Both the position numbers and the translations under genes were made by a program. From a virus: a stretch of 6,041 nt of DNA. Shown here piece by piece: positions 1-4,899 of this stretch (positions are counted from its first letter, which is position 1; every line of letters starts with the position of its first letter). The notes below the pieces were generated by a model, which saw only the letters and a list, made by a program, of their open reading frames with translations, made no database searches and was not told the DNA's origin. Location of the stretch: IMG/VR virus record IMGVR_UViG_3300045988_001127, positions 1-6,041 of that record; one strand, 5' to 3'.

Positions 1-77
1 AGCCAAATGTTTCTCCCATTGAGAATTGCTGTAAAAATCAAAATAGATTTTCTGATAAGCAAGGAACGGAAGAGCAT
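1..77. repeat. Terminal direct repeat, copy 1 (identical to 5965..6041); overlap of a circular genome
   Basis: Base-by-base comparison: agccaaatgtttctcccattgagaattgctgtaaaaatcaaaatagattttctgataagcaaggaacggaagagcat occurs at 1..77 and at 5965..6041 with no mismatch. The capsid reading frame stays in phase across the join. Confidence 0.97.
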
Positions 78-669
78 TGACAATCTGTGAATTCTGATAA
101 ACCAAAGGATTATCCGCGTCACCAAGACTATCAACGCCTAAATACTTTTTCGTAATAGCAGCCTTTGCAGGATTAGAAGACGCAATCAAAGAACCATAAC
201 CAAGCAAATCAAGCAACTTGCAAGAACCATAAACAATAGGAAGACCTGCATCATCACGAGTATTAGACTGGTCACCAGCATTAGCTGTCTGAAGAAACTG
301 ATTAAAAGTACTCAGAGAAACATTAGGCACAGAAGTAAGTGCAGAGGTATTCGCAGTAGGACTAGCTGCACTAGTCATGTAATCCGTCATTTGAGTAAAT
401 GCCTGCGGGAGCGCGCGGGAAATCAAACGTAAAGGCACAGCGTAGAAATCATAATACTCTTTAATACGGGTATATGCAGCCGTATTAACCGGAACAGTGC
501 GGGTAAACCAGTCAGAGGAAATACGATACTTAGTATCAGGGATGGCAATCTGCCAATAACAAGGTAAAATTTCTCCAACTTTCGCTGTAAACAATTTTTT
601 ACTAGACAAGTCAAAGGAAGAGCGATGAGTAGGAATTTTCGCTCGGTCTAAGGGGTTAAAATCACTCAT
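1..669 (-). CDS. VP1: Major capsid protein VP1/F, N-terminal 223 codons (continues circularly at 5964)
   Basis: ATG at 669..667. I checked all 223 minus-strand triplets down to base 1 and found no stop. The ORF is absent from the track because it has no stop inside the window. Translation starts MSDFNPLDRAKIPTHRSSFDLSSKKLFTAKVGEILPCYWQIAIPDTKYRI, which fits the conserved Microviridae capsid N-terminus (FDLS ... G.L.P ... P.D). Codon 3..1 is in phase with codon 5967..5965. Third positions are T-rich. Confidence 0.93.
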   Translation of the reverse strand, partial: MSDFNPLDRAKIPTHRSSFDLSSKKLFTAKVGEILPCYWQIAIPDTKYRISSDWFTRTVPVNTAAYTRIKEYYDFYAVPLRLISRALPQAFTQMTDYMTSAASPTANTSALTSVPNVSLSTFNQFLQTANAGDQSNTRDDAGLPIVYGSCKLLDLLGYGSLIASSNPAKAAITKKYLGVDSLGDADNPLVYQNSQIVNALPFLAYQKIYFDFYSNSQWEKHLA

Positions 670-686
670 AATTAATAAAATTAAAA

Positions 687-2366
687 TTAAACCATACGGT
701 TGAAAATATTATTAGCATCATTAAGCTTTTTGTGCTTAATCATGTCACGACAGAATGTTGCACTACGGTACCGGAGTTGCTCAAGAAGCTCAGATGTTTC
801 ACTCGAAACGGTCTGCAAGACATCCATTTCGCACCCGTTCTGAGGGAACGCAAACATACAATCCGAAATATCCGGGTTTTGGGATCGTAAGTTGAATGCA
901 TCTCGTAAACTTTCATAATCTTTTTTCTTTTCATACTCTATGCCTGTTTTAATGATAAACATAATACGACCGGAGTAAGCACTAACATCAGAACCGAAGA
1001 GAGGCAAATGCCAGTTACGGAAGAACTTATAGACATATAAGAATAGCCGATATAGCTTATTAATATAAGATTCGATATCGACATCACTAGAACAGTTAAC
1101 AAACCTAGTAAGACACCGAGAAGCATGTAATATAATCTTGTCATCATCAGTAAGAATAGAATTGACTTTAAGATATTGATAATAAGTGCGGACAAGACTC
1201 AAAATTGAGTCCTGTTTGTAGGCAATAAATCCGAATTTTGCAATTCTCTTTGGCGTTGAGTGTACAGCGCGAAGAATTCGAGCAATCGCAATACTATCGT
1301 CATTGCGAGTAGACGAGAATCTGGGCAATAAGGTACGGATATACGACATGGGTGGAGTTGACCGAATACTGAGGCCGTTGAAGTTATGGATTCTTCCATT
1401 AACGACAGAATCGATTTTTTGCTCAATCTGCGCATAAGGGTCTTCACCTTCCACGAAATCGCAACCTTTCTCAAAGAATCCCAAAGACGCTCTCGAGCGG
1501 GGTTTAAACGCGCGGCATGAGCGATATAATAAGGGAGCAGAACTAAGGCTATTAACGTAACTCGCAATGTACGAAGAAGCTCCACCTCTGGCAATCTGGA
1601 AATCTGAACGACCGAACTTCCAACTCTTATCGTGACAGTATCGTAATACCTTTGAGACTTCTTCCGAGTTCGTGAATAATAAGATATGGTAATGCGGGCG
1701 GAAATGCACAGGGCCGTACTCACCAACAGCGTAGAAATGTAGCGTTTCATATTTTCCTAGTTGTTGAAATAAATATTTACGTAATCTTTTAATATAATTC
1801 TGAACATCAACATAGTTTAAAAAGGGAATAAGGTTATCACGACCGTATTGTTCAGAAGCGGGATAATCCGTTTTGTCAACCGATTGCGTCTTATAGATAA
1901 AACTACGAATAGCAGCCATACTAAGAAACCAATTGTCCTTAACAGGAACATATTCCTTAATCTCACGGTCAAACGGCACTGTACCTTGTACCTGTTCGAA
2001 GAATATATGACGCAGCATGGAGTCATCATCACATCGATACTCGGAAACAGGAATATATTTATGATATTCATCACCAAAATGAATATCTCCTGAGATACCT
2101 ACAACGTCCTCATATTCACTGTGGAGAACCTTACAATTCATAAGAGGAATATGTTCGTTGTCATACGTAAGAGTTACAAAATAAGAATACTTAAAAGCAC
2201 TTCCAGCGGTCTTCACACGCATGGACGCTTTCTGAGCACGCTTATGGATGCAATAATCGCATTGACCACAATCCACGGCAATACGTGCACCGTTATAACG
2301 ATTAGTAATAAACGAACGATGCTGGCAATGATCAGCCGCTTTCAGTAAATCAGGAGAAAATTTCAT
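687..2366 (-). CDS. VP4: Rolling-circle replication initiator (HUH endonuclease, Microviridae VP4 / phiX174 gpA-like), 559 aa
   Basis: ATG 2366..2364, TAA 689..687. N-terminal CGQCDYC (C33/C36/C39) resembles the CGxCxxC of Microviridae VP4. Motif I is FVTLTYD (aa 63-69). The HUH motif is HYHILLF, with HYH encoded at 1694..1686. The double-tyrosine motif is YIASYVNS (Y266 at 1571..1569, Y270 at 1559..1557), comparable to phiX174 gpA YVAKYVNK. Confidence 0.93.
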   Translation of the reverse strand: MKFSPDLLKAADHCQHRSFITNRYNGARIAVDCGQCDYCIHKRAQKASMRVKTAGSAFKYSYFVTLTYDNEHIPLMNCKVLHSEYEDVVGISGDIHFGDEYHKYIPVSEYRCDDDSMLRHIFFEQVQGTVPFDREIKEYVPVKDNWFLSMAAIRSFIYKTQSVDKTDYPASEQYGRDNLIPFLNYVDVQNYIKRLRKYLFQQLGKYETLHFYAVGEYGPVHFRPHYHILLFTNSEEVSKVLRYCHDKSWKFGRSDFQIARGGASSYIASYVNSLSSAPLLYRSCRAFKPRSRASLGFFEKGCDFVEGEDPYAQIEQKIDSVVNGRIHNFNGLSIRSTPPMSYIRTLLPRFSSTRNDDSIAIARILRAVHSTPKRIAKFGFIAYKQDSILSLVRTYYQYLKVNSILTDDDKIILHASRCLTRFVNCSSDVDIESYINKLYRLFLYVYKFFRNWHLPLFGSDVSAYSGRIMFIIKTGIEYEKKKDYESLRDAFNLRSQNPDISDCMFAFPQNGCEMDVLQTVSSETSELLEQLRYRSATFCRDMIKHKKLNDANNIFNRMV

Positions 2367-2368
2367 AA

Positions 2369-2677
2369 TTATTTACGTTTGTCTATCACCTGCCGACGAT
2401 TACGAGAGCAGAATGAAATATGAATAAATGTCGGATATATAATAAGCTGGTCGAATGGCGAAACATTATCAGAGAAAAAATGAATCGTTTCGAGCAAATT
2501 ATTAAATGTAGTAGAACCATAAGGTTTAATATCAACAGCCTCGCCTACAAGATGTTGGGAATTCGGAACACCTCCAGCAGCTTTATTCTGTTCAGGAGTA
2601 CGTCTAGCACTAGTCACCGAAAAATGAACATTAGAGTAAAGCAGATACTCAAAAAAATGCATAAGAGTATAATTCAT
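2369..2677 (-). CDS. Peptidase M15-family (LAS-type Zn D-Ala-D-Ala carboxypeptidase/endopeptidase-like) cell-wall hydrolase, 102 aa; candidate endolysin
   Basis: ATG 2677..2675, TAA 2371..2369. SARRTPEQNKAAGGVPNSQHLVGEAVDI ... IYPTFIHISF matches the M15_3/M15_4 signature (SGYR..N...GG...S.H..G.A.D ... H). The putative Zn ligands are H42 (2554..2552), D49 (2533..2531) and H86 (2422..2420). Third positions are T-rich. I see no signal peptide. Confidence 0.85.
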   Translation of the reverse strand: MNYTLMHFFEYLLYSNVHFSVTSARRTPEQNKAAGGVPNSQHLVGEAVDIKPYGSTTFNNLLETIHFFSDNVSPFDQLIIYPTFIHISFCSRNRRQVIDKRK

Positions 2678-2757
2678 AGTCCGATAGCATTAAGAATATA
2701 ACCAAGAGCAGCGGAAACAGCTCCAATTACAATTTTCCAAATATTATTGCTTTTCAT
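2674..2757 (-). CDS. 27-aa single-pass membrane peptide MKSNNIWKIVIGAVSAALGYILNAIGL; candidate holin-like partner of the peptidase
   Basis: This is the internal ATG (2757..2755) of the 74-aa track ORF. Only this part lies outside the 65-aa gene. 16 of its 27 codons end in T, the genome's coding signature. It has a polar N-terminus followed by about 22 hydrophobic residues. Its TGA (2676..2674) overlaps the peptidase ATG (2677..2675) as ATGA. Confidence 0.55.
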   Translation of the reverse strand: MKSNNIWKIVIGAVSAALGYILNAIGL

Positions 2758-2941
2758 TGTTTTGAGTTTTAAGTTCGATAAAACTATTAAATTCTTGAAT
2801 CGAATCCACAATAACAATAAGACCCAACGAAGAAACTCGCTCAGAATAATTTCCAAGACCATCGAGAGAATCGATAACATAAGGCGAAATAACATCACGA
2901 CCAGTGGTTTTGTCTTTAACTGAAATAATAAACTTTAGCAT
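2744..2941 (-). CDS. Hypothetical 65-aa acidic protein, first gene after the promoter (TTG start)
   Basis: 37 of 65 codons end in T, matching the genuine genes. The composition looks globular. The track's M is a TTG (2941..2939). The frame opens after TAA 2956..2954 and contains no ATG or GTG, so the start is uncertain. Confidence 0.55.
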   Translation of the reverse strand: MLKFIISVKDKTTGRDVISPYVIDSLDGLGNYSERVSSLGLIVIVDSIQEFNSFIELKTQNNEKQ

Positions 2942-2990
2942 AATTGTAAGAATTTTAAAATATTAATAATAGTTGTAACTCCTAACTGGG

Positions 2991-3021
2991 GCAAATATAC
3001 AAACTATTTTAATAATTCCAA
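2991..3021 (-). promoter_or_regulatory. Bacteroidota-type sigma-A promoter: -33 TTTG (3021..3018), 19-nt spacer, -7 TATATTTG (2998..2991)
   Basis: The minus strand reads TTTG-gaattattaaaatagtttg-TATATTTG, matching the Bacteroides consensus TTTG-N19-21-TAnnTTTG. It sits in the only long AT-rich noncoding stretch, about 50 nt upstream of the first gene, and is preceded by an A9 tract (3039..3031). Confidence 0.5.
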
Positions 3022-3112
3022 AAGAAATATCTTTTTTTTTAGATTGTACCATAGAGTGTGAGTTGTGCGTTTATGGACAAGGGATGGAGAATTCGAGAGG
3101 ATAACTCGAATT

Positions 3113-3139
3113 TGCTTTCGCACACAACTAGGGGCTTCG
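3113..3139 (-). other. Two DNA mini-hairpin motifs on the sense strand: GCGAAAGC (3120..3113) and GCGAAGC (3139..3133)
   Basis: Plus-strand gctttcgc at 3113..3120 and gcttcgc at 3133..3139 are the reverse complements of GCGAAAGC and GCGAAGC. Both therefore lie on the strand predicted to be packaged as ssDNA. Confidence 0.6.
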
Positions 3140-3216
3140 CTTAATTGACAAGTGAGTGTATACAGGGGTATATAGGCACGGCAGGTCAGATAGAACCTGC
3201 CTTTGCGCACTCCGTG

Positions 3217-3262
3217 CTAAAATACCGGAGCGGAACGCTCCTATAAGGAAGTCGCTCCGCTC
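3217..3262 (-). terminator. Candidate intrinsic terminator after the last gene (VP2)
   Basis: The sense strand reads GGAGCGGAGCG-(15-nt loop)-CGTTCCGCTCC: 11 pairs, 10 Watson-Crick plus 1 G-T wobble. It is followed by GGTATTTTA (3225..3217). The T-tract is short and interrupted, so this is weak as a classical terminator. Confidence 0.35.
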
Positions 3263-3344
3263 CATATTTCGATCAGGCCCTACGCGGGCGGCGGGTGTAT
3301 ATCGCTCAAACGCCGCGATAGGCTTCTAGTCCTGAAGTATGTTC

Positions 3345-4448
3345 TTATTTACGGCCAAAGTTACCAAAACGAGCACCGGCGCCAACAAAATTACCAGCAC
3401 CGGAGGCAATACTACCAACACCACGAGCAACAGATTCCCAATAATGAGTACGGCCTTGTTTACGAGCCAAGTCTGCGCCATATTCAGCAGCTTTCTGATT
3501 CGCCATAGAAGTTTTATACTCCGTATGTTTACGAAGCTTAACATTCTTATAATCATACGTACTATCACGATATTGCAATTCATTAGAGGCATTAGCTGCC
3601 TTAATCAAAGAATCAGCCGTCTCGGAAGCTACACGATTGTCAATTTTCTTACCGGAAGCCTCAGCAGAAGCAAGAATAGCACGCTGAATTTCAGTCTGTA
3701 TTTGCTTCTCAGTAAGAGCACCTTGAGACTGGAGATTGGCTAAAGTTTGAGCCTTAATAAACAAATCAGCCTGTTGATTCTGGTCCATATACTTATTCAT
3801 AATACGTTGAGCATCAGAATTAAGCAAAATCTGTGCTTCTTGAGCAGCAGATATACGTTCAGCAAACTGGGCGTTTTTTAAATTCTGAGCCTCGGTAGAT
3901 TGGTCCAAAGCAGCAGACACACGGCCTGTTTCCTTGTTCCAATAACCGGAAGAGCCAATAGCTAGATTCTTCCAGTTAGTAAGACCTCTATAATAATCAG
4001 ACAAAAGAGGAGTTACCGTATCAGTCTGACGCGCACGAGAGCCTGATTCACCAGCAGAAGCCTCAGAAGCCTTAGCTTGAGCAAGGGAAGCAAGAGACTG
4101 AAACACGCTAGAAAAATTAGGCTTATAGGCCTGCATACTAGGAACAGGAGCAGCAGTAGCAGCAGCTCCGCCTGAAGCAGGAGACCTAGAACCAGCCATA
4201 GCAGCAGAACCTTGAACAAACGGATTCAAACCACGAGAAATCATAGCGTCAGGAGAATTGTAGGCATTATTCATGCCCCACATCTGTTGCTGCCAATCAC
4301 GTTGAATCTGAGCCTGCTCTGCGTTAAAAGCGTTCTGCTCACGCATCATACGGAGATTAACCTTATTCTGATGATTCTGATTAACCATACCGACAACATT
4401 GTCGGTAAGGTTTGCAGCCGAGGAAGCTATAGCATCAAATAGGCCCAT
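3345..4448 (-). CDS. VP2: Minor capsid / DNA pilot protein (VP2, gpH-like), 367 aa
   Basis: ATG 4448..4446, TAA 3347..3345. The N-terminal region NAFNAEQAQIQRDWQQQMWGMNNAYNSPDAMISRGLNPFV fits the conserved VP2 pattern (Q..W...M.N.AY..P.....AGLNP). The central part is Ala/Ser/Gln-rich and coiled-coil-like, and the tail is Gly-rich. It follows the capsid gene, as expected. Confidence 0.88.
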   Translation of the reverse strand: MGLFDAIASSAANLTDNVVGMVNQNHQNKVNLRMMREQNAFNAEQAQIQRDWQQQMWGMNNAYNSPDAMISRGLNPFVQGSAAMAGSRSPASGGAAATAAPVPSMQAYKPNFSSVFQSLASLAQAKASEASAGESGSRARQTDTVTPLLSDYYRGLTNWKNLAIGSSGYWNKETGRVSAALDQSTEAQNLKNAQFAERISAAQEAQILLNSDAQRIMNKYMDQNQQADLFIKAQTLANLQSQGALTEKQIQTEIQRAILASAEASGKKIDNRVASETADSLIKAANASNELQYRDSTYDYKNVKLRKHTEYKTSMANQKAAEYGADLARKQGRTHYWESVARGVGSIASGAGNFVGAGARFGNFGRK

Positions 4449-4888
4449 TATTCAGGAGAGGCAGGGGCGGGATCCGAAGACGGCGCTGCCTTTTGCTCTG
4501 CCAACATAGATTCGGCATAAGCCGATAGTTCAGACTTCTCACTGGCCAACTGCTGTAAAACAGCCTGACGTTCAGACATAGTTTGACAATGACGGGAGAT
4601 AACACAATCAAAACGTTCTTCATCAGTCATACCATCCATTATAGTAGACTGAGTAGGATGCATTTGGGCAAGAATATTCTGAACATTCATATCACCAAGT
4701 AACCGGCGATATTTTTCCTGATTCAGCAAAATCTGCGTCATATCACATTGAATCAAGTCACCATCAGGAGATTCATCATACATAACTGTATCATATACAG
4801 ACTGCTGATAACACGGATTATCCTCAATCAACTCGGGAACAACCTCATTTTTAATATAATCGGGGTTTTTATAAGCAAAACTTCTCAT
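4448..4888 (-). CDS. Hypothetical acidic 146-aa protein between VP1 and VP2 (position compatible with an internal scaffolding VP3-like protein)
   Basis: ATG 4888..4886. The TAA stop (4450..4448) overlaps the VP2 ATG by one base (TAATG). Third positions are T-rich. I recognise no motif, so the function is inferred from position only. Confidence 0.75.
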   Translation of the reverse strand: MRSFAYKNPDYIKNEVVPELIEDNPCYQQSVYDTVMYDESPDGDLIQCDMTQILLNQEKYRRLLGDMNVQNILAQMHPTQSTIMDGMTDEERFDCVISRHCQTMSERQAVLQQLASEKSELSAYAESMLAEQKAAPSSDPAPASPE

Positions 4889-4899
4889 AACAATACAAA

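Larger units (their letters stand above)
3050..3330 (-). other. GC-rich, hairpin-dense noncoding module (candidate complementary-strand origin / transcription stop / recombination site)
   Basis: Hairpins seen directly: 3089..3096 with 3104..3111 (8 bp, loop aggataa), enclosed by 3060..3068 with 3118..3128 (9 bp with a 2-nt bulge). 3179..3185 with 3194..3200 (7 bp), extended by 3175..3178 with 3213..3216. 3226..3236 with 3252..3262 (11 bp). 3287..3292 with 3311..3316 (6 GC pairs). I counted 58 G+C in 3221..3320 against 29 in 2701..2800. ORFs here lack the T3 signature. Confidence 0.7.

Noticed and set aside
2674-2898. 74-aa track ORF (GTG 2898 / ATG 2895) that looks like a two-TM, Leu-rich holin
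   Set aside because: Its first 47 codons overlap the 65-aa gene in the +1 frame, the frame that is stop-depleted everywhere in this genome. They give low-complexity Leu-rich sequence. Only the part from the internal ATG at 2757 lies outside the other gene and shows the T3 signature, so I call only the 27-aa product. The longer form is not strictly excluded.
3085-3115. TTCGA-containing hairpin (gaattcgag/ctcgaattc), examined as a possible tRNA T-arm or tRNA-derived attP
   Set aside because: There is no 5-bp stem flanking a 7-nt TTCRA loop and no acceptor, D or anticodon arms nearby. It is simply a palindrome containing an EcoRI site.
3004-3210. 68-aa sense-strand ORF inside the structured module (GTG start; by my own indexing of the printed sequence it spans 3003..3209, one base off the track)
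   Set aside because: About 20 of 68 codons end in T, against about 55-60% in real genes. It has a GTG start and runs straight through the hairpins and the A9 tract. It looks like a chance open frame in GC-rich DNA.
3199-3210. Sense-strand AGTGCGCAAAG resembling the XerC-binding arm of E. coli dif (GGTGCGCATAA)
   Set aside because: Only 8 of 11 bases match. The sequence at the position of the XerD arm, after a 6-nt spacer, does not match. I do not know the Bacteroidota dif consensus well enough to score it. It is kept only as an alternative under the structured-module finding.
3127-3264. 45-aa ATG-initiated sense ORF (MERSDFLIGAFRSGILARSAQRQ...), mildly basic; considered as a J/VP8-like DNA-binding protein
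   Set aside because: Only 10 of 45 codons end in T. It is far less basic than phiX174 J, and its sequence consists almost entirely of hairpin arms. It cannot be fully excluded without comparative data.
3266-3275. Sense-strand CUGAUCGAAA, resembling hammerhead ribozyme core elements (CUGAUGA ... GAAA)
   Set aside because: The two boxes abut, with no room for stem II. The CUGAUGA box is imperfect and no flanking helices I or III with a cleavage triplet are evident.
4100-4200. GCAGCAGC-type low-complexity run in VP2, examined as a possible tandem repeat
   Set aside because: It encodes the in-frame Ala/Ser/Gly-rich linker of VP2 (GGAAATAAPVPS). It has no exact repeated unit and no CRISPR-like spacing.
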